From Zygophlyctis sp. KS116 (taxonomy: Eukaryota; Fungi; Chytridiomycota), in contig BAAFSQ010000091.1 in assembly GCA_054661495.1 (NCBI GenBank), forward strand, positions 3,800 to 35,799: a stretch of 32,000 nt of DNA, in the 5' to 3' direction. Positions within the stretch are counted from its first letter, which is position 1, and the number at the start of each line of letters is the position of its first letter. A model generated the notes under the pieces. The model saw only the letters and a list, made by a program, of their open reading frames with translations, was not told the origin of the DNA and ran no database searches. Positions 12,466 to 22,808 of this stretch are shown here, in pieces. The position numbers were made by a program, and so were the translations under genes.

Positions 12466-13044
12466 TTATAAAGATTCCATGACTAACTCTAGTGTTTCAT
12501 CAGACTCTAAAACCTTTAAACCTGCTTGCAAAACTAGCATTTCTACTTTAGAAATCTTTTCCAAGGCTTCTGGTGTTTTACCAAGTCCTCTCTTGTCTAG
12601 AGTAGACATCATATCAGTAAACTCACTGTTGGGATAAGTAATAAAAGATTACCTTTTAGAGTGACCAAACTTTTTCTTCATTGCGTTTTTAGCTAATTCA
12701 GGATGCATTGCAAAAACAGTCAAATTCAAGTATCCCAAATCCATAAGTTTGATTGCCTTGAATGCAGTATTCATCTTGTTCATTTTAGAACTTTTAGAAC
12801 CAGAATCGGACATTAGAGAAACTGATTCAGCCATGACTTTGACACAGACTCCTGGAAAATCAGCTCGAACTGATTTGATTGCAGCAATTGCACTATTTCG
12901 ATCATCTACACTAACTTTTGGGAATGATCTGACTGCATTCTTCATTTCAGAGACTACATTGTCAGTAATCAATAATGCAGTATTCTCAAAGACTGTAGCA
13001 GAGATCAGGGAGACAAAAACAAGAGAAATTAGAGATTTGAACAT
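12466..13044 (-). CDS. Small secreted helical protein, paralog 1 of 3
   Basis: Signal peptide; phase-2 intron 12626-12652; exon 2 encodes EFTDMMSTLDKRGLGK...VLQAGLKVLESDETLELVMESL*. Confidence 0.8.
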
Positions 13045-13165
13045 TTTCTAAAGCAAATTTTTCAAGAAAATTTTTTAATCACTTTTAGGGCTTTGTAATT
13101 GCTACTGAAATGGGTTAGTAAATTCTAAATTCTAAATTTTCTATTTTATCAAATATAATATGTAA

Positions 13166-14572
13166 TTAAATCAAACAGCTATTACATTCAACTTGCATCC
13201 CCAAACTTTGAGCGTAAGAAGAAATCTGTTTCTCAAGATTCCATAAAAAATCATCTGCTTGATCATTAGAAATAGAAAATCCCCTAAAATGGCTCATAGT
13301 ATCCAGCTTTAGTTCAGTCTTGCTCTGTTTCATTTTTCTATAATCGTCTAGAAATTGAACACGGCCAGATGTTCCCATTTCTTCTCTCGTAGTATAAGAC
13401 TTGCCTAGAACAATCTTTACTGCATCACATATACCATCTGCAGAAACCTTTACTTGAATATTGGAAAATAATTGATAATCTTCATGCACTAAACCAGAAT
13501 TTTTGACCAAAACACCAGAATTATTATTTAGAAATTCATTCATCGGACCAAAATCAGTAGTTATTAGCATTGCTCCCATTCCCCTAGCTTCATTAATATA
13601 ATGTCCGAATCCTTCTCTTACTGAAGGACATATGTGTATCCCATTCTCCCATTGTGTTCTTCTTAATTCAGAAATATTAAGAAAATAATGATAACGAATG
13701 TTGGGTAATTCAACAACTTCATTTTTTCCAATAATTGTTAGTAGTGGAAAATCTGGATGATTTTTCCAGCATTCAATCAGTTCAATTGTAGATTTTAGTC
13801 CACTATGGCCATTTGCATGGAAGAATCTTCCAAAATTCCTTTTGCCAGGAAATTCCAATTGGTAAAGTGGATCGGGCGTAGAATGAAAAGTTCTGACAAT
13901 AGGAATATTTAAATCTTTTTCCTCCAAGTATTTCTTGAGAATTGTAAAAGTCTTTTGAGTTTTAGCAAGAAATTTTGATGTCTTTGAAATGAACTTTTCT
14001 TGCTTTATAGCAACCTGCTCTATATTTGGCATCCAGAAATTTCTTGCTCCACTTTCAAATTGAATCCAGATTGGATATTCACCATGCAAAAAGGTTGAAT
14101 TCGGACATTTTTTTACCTTTTCAGCATGAATTGCTTCATTAAACTGAGGATTTAATCTTGCCCCAGAATAATAAACAAATAGAATAAAATCAGAGCAATG
14201 TCCCATAGAACGACCTCCTTGAGATGTTGAAATTTCCAATGGGTAACAAGTATCCAAATAAAATTCTTCTGATTTTTCCCATGCAAAATGCCCCCATTTC
14301 GTAATTGTGTATGGATAACCTTGTGCATCCCCTTTTGTGCAAAGTTCTAAAAGTCTCTCTAGATCTGCTTGTTCCTTTCTGTGCTCAGTTTGATTCAAAT
14401 TACTTGAATCGAATAATGTCCGAAAATCACTCTCAAACTTTGCCACTGCTGTAGTATTCTGAATAAAGTACTGTTCTAATGGCACAAAAAAAATGAAAAT
14501 AATCGAAAGACTGAGAATGGAAAAAATGGTAAATGCAATAAGTCGGAATGAATAGAATCGCCTACAGCCCAT
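13166..14572 (-). CDS. Intronless GT-B (GT4-like) glycosyltransferase, type II membrane protein
   Basis: N-terminal TM anchor; HICPSVREGFGHYINEARGMGAMLITTDFGPMNE contains the EX7E motif. Confidence 0.85.
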   Translation of the reverse strand: MGCRRFYSFRLIAFTIFSILSLSIIFIFFVPLEQYFIQNTTAVAKFESDFRTLFDSSNLNQTEHRKEQADLERLLELCTKGDAQGYPYTITKWGHFAWEKSEEFYLDTCYPLEISTSQGGRSMGHCSDFILFVYYSGARLNPQFNEAIHAEKVKKCPNSTFLHGEYPIWIQFESGARNFWMPNIEQVAIKQEKFISKTSKFLAKTQKTFTILKKYLEEKDLNIPIVRTFHSTPDPLYQLEFPGKRNFGRFFHANGHSGLKSTIELIECWKNHPDFPLLTIIGKNEVVELPNIRYHYFLNISELRRTQWENGIHICPSVREGFGHYINEARGMGAMLITTDFGPMNEFLNNNSGVLVKNSGLVHEDYQLFSNIQVKVSADGICDAVKIVLGKSYTTREEMGTSGRVQFLDDYRKMKQSKTELKLDTMSHFRGFSISNDQADDFLWNLEKQISSYAQSLGMQVECNSCLI

Positions 14573-14683
14573 AAAGAAAATTACTAAACCCTAGCACAAA
14601 GAATTTTCATCCCGCAGCACTTTACGGTTTAATTGTCAAAAATAGAAACTAATGATTTTTTAAAAAAATTGAGATTCCTGAAA

Positions 14684-15242
14684 TCAAAAGACTGACAAAA
14701 CCAATCCAAATGTCTCATCGCTTTCCAAAACAGATAAGCCAGAAACTAAAACATCAATTTGAACGGGCGAAATTTCAGGCTTCTTTCTGAAAAATGATCT
14801 TTTCTTGAGAGTCGTGACAAACTCTGATAAATCTCTAAGAATTAATAGAAAAAAATTACCGCTTGGCTATTTTCTTTCGAGATCCTGTTTCAAACCCTGA
14901 AGATATAGTCAAATTAGCTAATACAATTTCCAGAAATTGAATTACCCCAATAGTTGCACTCATTAATGAAATTTGAGTTGTAGATCCAGATCTGTTAAAA
15001 GCATAAACAGCTTCTGATAACCCTGCCGAACAGTAAAATCCAAATTTATCATGAACAAATTTAATAGACTTTTGTGCAGCTACAATCTCATTTTCAGTAT
15101 GATTTTGAAATTTTCTGATTGAAAGTGTCATATTTCTTACGACATTTGTAGAGATTTGATTAGACACTTCAATTATAGATGAAGACGGTGAGATTGCTAG
15201 AGAATAAGCAATAAAGAAAATTGAGAGCACAGACTTGAACAT
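14684..15242 (-). CDS. Small secreted helical protein, paralog 2 of 3
   Basis: MFKSVLSIFFIAYSLA; phase-2 intron 14835-14859; exon 2 encodes DLSEFVTTLKKRSFF...VLVSGLSVLESDETFGLVLSVF*. Confidence 0.8.
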
Positions 15243-15341
15243 TTTTGAATGATTGAGCAAATTTGCAATTGTTTCAGTTTTTTCATTCAAATAAAAATTT
15301 TCCAGATGTAGAAATCCAAGTAAAACAATTGATTCGATCTA

Positions 15342-15842
15342 TTAAACAAAGAGCGATATAACCAAATCATGACTACGTTTACATTTTATAACCTTGAAAC
15401 CATTTTCTATGACGTGACCAAGATAATTAGTGTCTGCAAGAGAGTTATTTTTTGCATGATGAAAAGTTCTAAAAATTAATAAAGTAAATTACAGATTATT
15501 TTGATTGCGATAAACAGAAAAGATTGCAGCAATACAAATGTTTTTAAAGCCTCGTCCAATCTTTGTCAAAACCCTTGTCACAGATTTGTCTAGAGGTATT
15601 TTTGTGTTGTATTCAGTTTGAGCTCTAGTCAACTCTTTTACACAATATTGCTTAAAATGAGTTTTGACAGCCAACATTGCATTTGACGAAGCATCTCTAT
15701 CAAACTGATAATTTTGAGGAATCTTATCAATAGACATCTTCATTACATTCAAAACATTACTAGTAATTTGAGATGAAATGTTTCTAACAGAGGATGCCAA
15801 TGCATTTGAAAGCATAATATAAAACAATAAAGTAGAAAACAT
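15342..15842 (-). CDS. Small secreted helical protein, paralog 3 of 3
   Basis: MFSTLLFYIMLSNALA; phase-2 intron 15469-15492; exon 2 ends VIENGFKVIKCKRSHDLVISLFV*. Confidence 0.75.
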
Positions 15843-16049
15843 GACAAATTAGCAATGAAAATTTGTTTAAATTGATTTTGTGTGTTGGTGCTCTTTGAGA
15901 TTTGCGATCGACACTTTGCATTTGGAAGCGATGGGCGAGCAAGTGATATTTAATATCTCAGTATCTGATGGCAATTTGGAGCAATCTTTTTCCATTGAAT
16001 TCTAATTTTGACGGCGCTCTGTGAACATTTTCTCTTCAAAACTAAAAAA

Positions 16050-16985
16050 ATGTCAAAAAAGCTCTGGGTTGCATATGAGGCGCTTGCAAAGAGATTTGGT
16101 CCTACAAGAGTCTCTATTGATGGATGCTCTGATGTCGCTCACTTTAAAGGTATCATTGAGAATATAACTAATTTTCTAGATGAAATTAAAAAAAAGTTTG
16201 AAATCAGTGGGCCTGCATCACATTTTTCTCTTTACAAATCTGATGCAACTACTGAAATTGATGTGCGGGACTCTACTACTTTATTAGCCGATGGAAACTC
16301 AAGCAAGAATCCTCTCAATGTTAAACCTGTGGTCTCCTCTCAAGTCTCCAATCTTCAAAACAGTTCTTGCTCAAAAGTTTCCATGGTTATGCGCTCCACC
16401 ATGACGACTAAGGAAAAAGAATCTATCTTGAAGGATATTTTTGAAGTACAATCCAAAGAACGAGAAGTACAATCGAAAGACCGAAAAGTACAATCCTTAG
16501 AACGAATAGTACACTATAAAGATCAAACACTACAAACCCAAGATCGTTTACTTGAATTATTGAAAAGGGAAATCAAACGCATCGAAGCAGAGCGTGACTT
16601 TTTAAAGGGAACGCTGGATGCTCGTCATATCTTTGAAACTTACGAATTGCGATTCCTGAACCCGTATCCACAATGCCCAAAGCTTCCAAGAACGGAAAAG
16701 TGGAAGAAGCATCTTGTCTTGAACCCAAAAATCCGGGAAAAGCTTGAAAAATGTGACAAAAACATACTTTGGCATGATAAAGCGGCGGAAATTTATGACG
16801 AGTTATGCAGAAGCCGTCAACATCGAACCATAGACATTGGAAATGGAAAATATATCGTGGTGATTGAAACATCACTTTCTAAAACTTCGTCTTGGTTTTT
16901 AAAGGTGCTAGCAAACGAATTATATGGGGAAAATGTTTCAGTTCAAAAAGAGATATTCGTTGAACCTGCTTATGAAACGGAATAA
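16050..16985 (+). CDS. Crinkler (CRN)-like protein: ubiquitin-like header, coiled coil, uncharacterised C-terminal domain
   Basis: MSKKLWVAY...VSIDGCSDVAHFKDEIKKK...FSLY...GNSSKNPLNV resembles chytrid CRN headers; likely 30-nt intron 16150-16179 with ACTAAT branch site. Confidence 0.65.
   Translation: MSKKLWVAYEALAKRFGPTRVSIDGCSDVAHFKGIIENITNFLDEIKKKFEISGPASHFSLYKSDATTEIDVRDSTTLLADGNSSKNPLNVKPVVSSQVSNLQNSSCSKVSMVMRSTMTTKEKESILKDIFEVQSKEREVQSKDRKVQSLERIVHYKDQTLQTQDRLLELLKREIKRIEAERDFLKGTLDARHIFETYELRFLNPYPQCPKLPRTEKWKKHLVLNPKIREKLEKCDKNILWHDKAAEIYDELCRSRQHRTIDIGNGKYIVVIETSLSKTSSWFLKVLANELYGENVSVQKEIFVEPAYETE
16443..16547 (+). repeat. Degenerate 21-bp coding repeat x5 (heptads EVQSKER/EVQSKDR/KVQSLER/IVHYKDQ/TLQTQDR)
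   Basis: gaagtacaatccaaagaacga gaagtacaatcgaaagaccga aaagtacaatccttagaacga ... Confidence 0.8.
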
Positions 16986-17345
16986 TCTTAACTAGCTGAA
17001 AAATGAGAGCAAATATATCGACTCCTATCTATAATATTGTTTTCTTGTTGACCATATATAGTTTGAGAATTCAATCTGTTTCTGAGAGAGTTGCTTTAGT
17101 TCTAGTTGAACATTTTTATCAAACGATGAAAATGGCCATCAACTTCCAGTGGCCCAAGGTAAATATTGTTTAAAAGTGGTAAAGACCTGGAAAAAGGTTG
17201 ATAGAGCAGTTGTTTTGGCCTACGGAAACCGAATTGACAGGCTTTTTTGATGATGAATCGGACATGGATAAATCGGACCATTTTCATGACACGGATAATA
17301 ATATTGGCGCAATCAATGGTTTAAAAAATTTATTATAATCTTTAT

Positions 17346-17816
17346 TTAGGAATTAAAGACTGATTCTGTCACAAACTTGTACAGATCCAACTGTAACTTT
17401 TGTCTATTTTTAATAAATCATTAATTACAGTATCGGTATTCTAAAACTTAGTGATTCTGAAGAATAATTATCTACATTTTCTATCCAATTTTGAATCTCT
17501 TCCAAATTATAATTTCCAGTAAATGTGTACACAGTGTGATTTTTGACCCTAAGCGTTGAATATGAAACCCTTACAATTTGAGACTTGGAAGATATCGTAA
17601 ATTAAGGAATGCAGAAAGAAGAGTGTTATCAAATGGTTTTACATAATGAATATCTGAAATTGGCAATTTTAAAGTTTCATTTCCATCTTGTACATAAAAT
17701 AAATTTGTTTCTAAATAGAGGTTGGAAATGTTAAAAGTCCTAGAACCAGGGAAAATATTTTCATGTATACAGGCATTACATAAGCTCAAGAAAAGTATCC
17801 AAAAGAGTGATTTCAT
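17346..17816 (-). CDS. Small secreted thioredoxin-fold-like protein without CxxC
   Basis: Signal peptide; after two introns (26 and 25 nt) reads LSAFLNLRYLPSLKLVKNHTVYTFTGNYNLEEIQNWIE, typical of the C-terminal half of a TRX fold. Confidence 0.55.
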
Positions 17817-18035
17817 TCAACCCTACTCAGCAATTAAAGGCTAGGTTTTAATCTGAACGTGATCTTCCGTTCCAATTCGTTGATGAGAGCGGCGTTTACC
17901 ACACTGATGTACAATAGAGTCTGCGACTCATTGAGTTTTAAGATTTTCTAAAGTGTCTTGAATCATGATCAATTTTGACAAAGTTTCAAATCCGTTCGAG
18001 TCATTGTGAGGGTCTGGCTCAGGTTTTACAAGGGA

Positions 18036-20397
18036 ATGTCAAAAGATTTTCTGCATCTCCTCACAGCTGATATTAAAGTTGCAGGCCCAAATCTAAACTC
18101 GAAAATCCTTCTATTTAAACTCCAATTTTTCAAAGACAAGAAATTAACCTTTGAACAAGAACTAGAAATTAATTTTTGGATTGAATTTTTTCATTTAAAT
18201 TTTTTAGACAATTTGAATTTCCTGGAAAATCATTTATCAAAAGGATTCTGCTCTGTAATTTTTATATGATTGATTTTCAAGTTTTCTAAATTCCCTGAAA
18301 TTTTAGCTTTTGCATCGCTTATAGACAAGGAAGGAATGATTACATCGAAAATTATTTTAAATTGGATCAAAACTAGTAGGAACGATCCCTTTTTCAAGAG
18401 TTTAAACTCTAAATATTTCTCTCAAACGGTGACTGCCACAGTAGCAACACCTAACAATGACTCTAAAGTCAAGGAAATGTAACCTACAAAATGTTAACCC
18501 TATAGTCTTCCAGTCAAGGGCCAGAGGAATGTTTTAATAACCAGCGCCTTGCCCTACGTTAATAATGTGCCACATTTGGGTAATATAATCGGTGCTACTT
18601 TAAGTGCAGATGTTTTTGCTAGATATTGTAGACAAAGAGGATATAATACGCTATATGTCTGTGGTACAGATGAATATGGGACAACTACAGAAATTAAAGC
18701 ATTAGAGGAAAAAATGAGTTGTCAGGCATTATGTGATAAATATCATAAATTACATAAAGAAGCATATGATTGGTTTGAAATTGGATTTAATGTGTTTGGA
18801 AGGACAACAACAAATGAACAGACGAAAATTTGTCAAAATATTTTTTTGAAATTACAAGAAAATGGTCATATCTTGGAACAAACTGTTACCCAATTATATT
18901 GCGAGAAACATAATTCGTTTTTAGCTGATAGAATGGTGGAAGGAACCTGTCCACTTTGTGGTTATACTGTAATTGTTAAATATTTAAAAATATAGGACGC
19001 TAGAGGAGATCAATGTGATGGATGTGGAAAGCTACTAAATGCTACTGATTTAATTTCTCCGCATTGTAAATTAGATAATGCAACTCCAGTTCCCAAGCAG
19101 TCAAATCATCTTTTTTTGAATTTAACTGAACAACAGCCACGATTAGAGGAATGGGTTAATGGTGCAAGTGAGAAGGGGTCTTGGTCTGCCAATAGTACAA
19201 GAATAACGCAGTCCTGGTTGAAAGAAGGTCTCAAGCCAAGATGTATTACTAGAGATTTGAAATGGGGAACTCCAGTACCTAAGAAAGGTTATGAAGATAA
19301 AGTTTTTTATGTTTGGTTTGATGCACCGATCGGATATCTGTCAATTACCGCTAATTATACTACTAATTGGGAATTATGGTGGAAAAATCCTGAAGATGTT
19401 CAATTATACCAGTTTATGGGTAAAGATAATGTCCCATTTCATACGGTAATATTCCCCTCTACGTTATTGGGCACAAATGAAAACTGGACTCTTTTACATC
19501 ACATAAGCACTACAGAATACTTATTGTATGAAAATGGGAAATTTTCAAAGTCTCGTGGAGTTGGCGTATTTGGAAATAATGTCATGGTATTTTTATTTTT
19601 TTTAACATTAGGATTCAGGTATACCCCCATCTGTTTGGCGATATTACTTATTATCAAGTAGACCAGAAACTTCTGATTCGCAATTTTCTTGGAAAGGATT
19701 AATTACTTCGAATAACAGTGAACTCTTAGCAAATTTAGGCAATTTTGTGAATCGGGTTGTCAAATTTGTAAGTGCAAAATATAAGAAAGTTATTCCAGAA
19801 CCAAAGTTTGAAGATGCAGATAAGAAGTTAATTTCAGAAGTAAATATACTTCTCAAGGATTATATTGAATCTCTTGAAGCATGCAAAATTCGTTCAGGTC
19901 TTAAAATTGTGATGGATATTTCTAGTTTAGGAAATGCTTATCTTCAAGATCAGAAATTAGACAATAATTTGTTCACAAACAATAAGAGTAGATGTGATAC
20001 AGTGGTATATCTAGCTTCAAACTTGATATACCTGTTAGGATCTTTACTAGAACCATATCTACCCAGTACTTCTGCTAACATATATAAGCAGCTAAATTTA
20101 CCTGCTCGAACTATATCTGATGATTGGAGCGGAAATGAAATTCCATCAGCTCATGAAATTGGCAAACCAGAATATCTATTCCAAAGAATTGATGAGGCTA
20201 GAGAAGAAGAACTTAGATCTAAGTACGGTGGAAATTCAAAAACTAAATTATCTCCAGAGGCAATAAAGGCTTTAGAAGATGAGATCAAGACTCAAGGAGA
20301 TTTAGTTCGCCAGCTGAAATCAGAGAAATCGCCATCAGTAGCTGCTCAAGTGCTGATTTTGAAAAACCTCAAAGCAAAGCTTAAAGAGGCATCTTAG
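18036..20397 (+). CDS. MES1: Cytosolic methionyl-tRNA synthetase with N-terminal extension and C-terminal WHEP domain (start may be 17965)
   Basis: [22 protein letters not shown], zinc knuckle, [26 protein letters not shown]; WHEP-like [15 protein letters not shown]; introns of 25-27 nt. Confidence 0.96.
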
Positions 20398-20551
20398 ATT
20401 TCTTAACAAAACGTTGTTTTTAAGTTGCTAATCTTTCGATACCGTTTGTCTAATGTTGAGTTTAATGTCATATTCATGAATTTAAAATTGAATTTAATGT
20501 ATTTAGAATAGAGTTACATTTTCTATGAAAAAAAATTGATATTTGAATTCC

Positions 20552-22270
20552 TCACGACCAATAATATTCCAAATCATCTTCAATATAAGTATAAGTAAAA
20601 ATACCTTCATCTTTCTTATTGGTGTCTTCTGTCTTTTTGACTTTTCGCTGAGGAGGTGCAGATCGGAAAACAATGGCTTTTCCAATCTATTTATAAATTT
20701 TAAGTGAAATTACCTTCTTCTTAACGGGCGCTTTTGCTCTTTCCATTGCTTTTTGTACTCTTTCCTCTTGTAAAAGACGTTGTGCCTCCATTTTTTCAGA
20801 TCTAATCCGCTGCCTTCTTTCTTTGTCTTTGATTTTTTCAGCCTGTTCAACTTTATCAGGTGGCATCATTTCAATTGATTCAAATAGCCCCTCTAGTTTA
20901 TTTTCAATGGATGTGAGCATTTGAAGTGTAGATAGGTTGCCCTCAATATCTCCCAAGCATTTCCTGTAGACATCTTTAACTTTTTGGTTTAATTCATTCA
21001 AGCTCTGATCTTGAGAATCACTCCCAAGACCGGAACTATTTCCTTTTGATTTATCTTGTAAAGACTGTAATTTTTCTTCTTCTTTAGCAATTGCACTATT
21101 TAAAACAAATATTTGCTGTTTTAGATTTTCAGTTTCTCGATCCCTTTGTAATTAAAATGAAAATATAATACATCTTTACATTTGTGTCTTGTATTTTAGA
21201 GCGAAGTTCTTCAAGAGTTTCTTCTGTTTCTTGACAAGTTTGAATCAATGCAAGGTTATTTTCTTCTAATTCTGCAAATATTTCTAAAAGTTGCTTTGGA
21301 TTTGAAAAGTATAAGACCTGATCTTCAGCTGCAAGTAATAAATCTTCATCAGCTTCAAGTGATTCATTCTTATCATTTCCAGCATCATCATTTCCGTGCT
21401 TTGAATCTTGATTTTTCTTATAGTCTGAAAATTTCTATTTTATAAGTGATCTTGAATTACTATTCTTTTAGTCTCTTCCCAAAATTCAGCCGGAGTTAAA
21501 GATTCTAAGAATTGTCTATATTTTAAAGAATCTCTTAATTGATCTTCATTTTTTGACATATCACTTTTAATCCCCATAATTTGAATATTCAACTTTTTAA
21601 TATCTTGCATTTTCTCTAATTTAGCCTTTGTCTCCAACTCGGCTCTAATATTAATTCTAATCGCAAATACTTTTTTATAGCCTCTACAGAATTTTTATCA
21701 TTTTCCTTCAAGAATGCATCAAATTTCGCCGCATCTTCTTCTAAAGCCTTTTCATCATCCAACAACTTTTGTTCTTCCGCTTGTGCAATCTCTTCCAGTT
21801 TACGCATTTCTTCTCTTTTAACACCGAGAGCATACTGAACCAAAAACATTTCTCTCTTTTTTTCAATAAAATCATGAAGATTCTCCTTTCCAAAATGACG
21901 ATCAACTACATGTTAGCCTTGAAATTTGCGATAAGAATATAAACTGATCTTGTCGATAGACCGCAATAATCATTAATCATTTGATATTATAAAAATCTTT
22001 ACCTTTTCTATTACTAGAAATTTTGTCCGATTCTCTCTTTTTCAATTTTTCATAAAATTCAACATCTTCCGGATCATCTTTTAATAATTCTTTGAGATTC
22101 TTTTGCTTGAATGAATTCTTATCATATAAACTCTTTTTAGATTTCTATAATGAGTTTTGAGCGATTACAATTGGTTCTTCCTTGATATTAAAAATCTCAG
22201 CGTCTGTAGGCATTTTAAAAGGATTATCTTCCTTATCAATGGCCGGTAAGACTGCGAATTTAGTCTGCAT
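20552..22270 (-). CDS. CFAP100: Cilia- and flagella-associated protein 100 (DUF4200 family)
   Basis: KENLHDFIEKKREMFLVQYAL, FDAFLKEND, LYFSNPKQLLEIFAELEENNLALIQ, GKAIVFRSAPP; seven introns. Confidence 0.9.
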
Positions 22271-22334
22271 TAGATTCTAATAGATAAAAAAAGGAAATGT
22301 TTATTAATGCTTGCTGACGTCGACCGATCGGAAC

Positions 22335-22702
22335 TTAGGAGTTCATTGAAGTTTTAAATCTATTTAATTAGAGATCTAAAGATACCCGCATTTAATGCAA
22401 TTGTAAAATACAGTCTGTCCTTCATCAGCAGACCTTAATTGAGCAGTATGAAAAACCATTTCCGGTGCATCACACTTTGGACATTTTTCCTTGATTGTGG
22501 CACCTTCTTCCCTTGTCTGAGAAGTTTCTAAAGAAATTCTAGAATTCATTGTGAGAGTACTCATGACTTTTATTGATTCAAATACTATAGAGTCTGTTGG
22601 GGTTGAGCATGCAGGACATTTAACTACATCTTCTAGTCCTAGAGGAGGATCTAGCAATGATCCGCAACAGGAACAAAACACTAGCGAGTGTGGTTGAATC
22701 AT
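22335..22702 (-). CDS. RPA12: RNA polymerase I subunit RPA12
   Basis: FCSCCGSLL N-terminal ribbon; GATIKEKCPKC...QLRSADEGQTVFYNCIKCG; one 26-nt intron before the last codons FKTSMNS*. Confidence 0.93.
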
Positions 22703-22808
22703 TCTTGTGTAACCTAGGCCTGCCAAGTTTTTTTAAGTTTTGAGATTTTCAAGTTTTGATTTTGCCATAAAAAAAACACGAAAATTTTACCTGAAAAATT
22801 TGCTCGAA

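Noticed and set aside
12105-13051. ORFs 12105..12422, 12356..12637 and 12749..13051
   Set aside because: They are antisense shadows of EMC4 and secreted paralog 1.
17840-17915. tRNA-Met-like sequence on the minus strand (TGGTAAA...CTCAT...GTTCAGAT) next to MetRS
   Set aside because: I could not form acceptor, anticodon or T stems.
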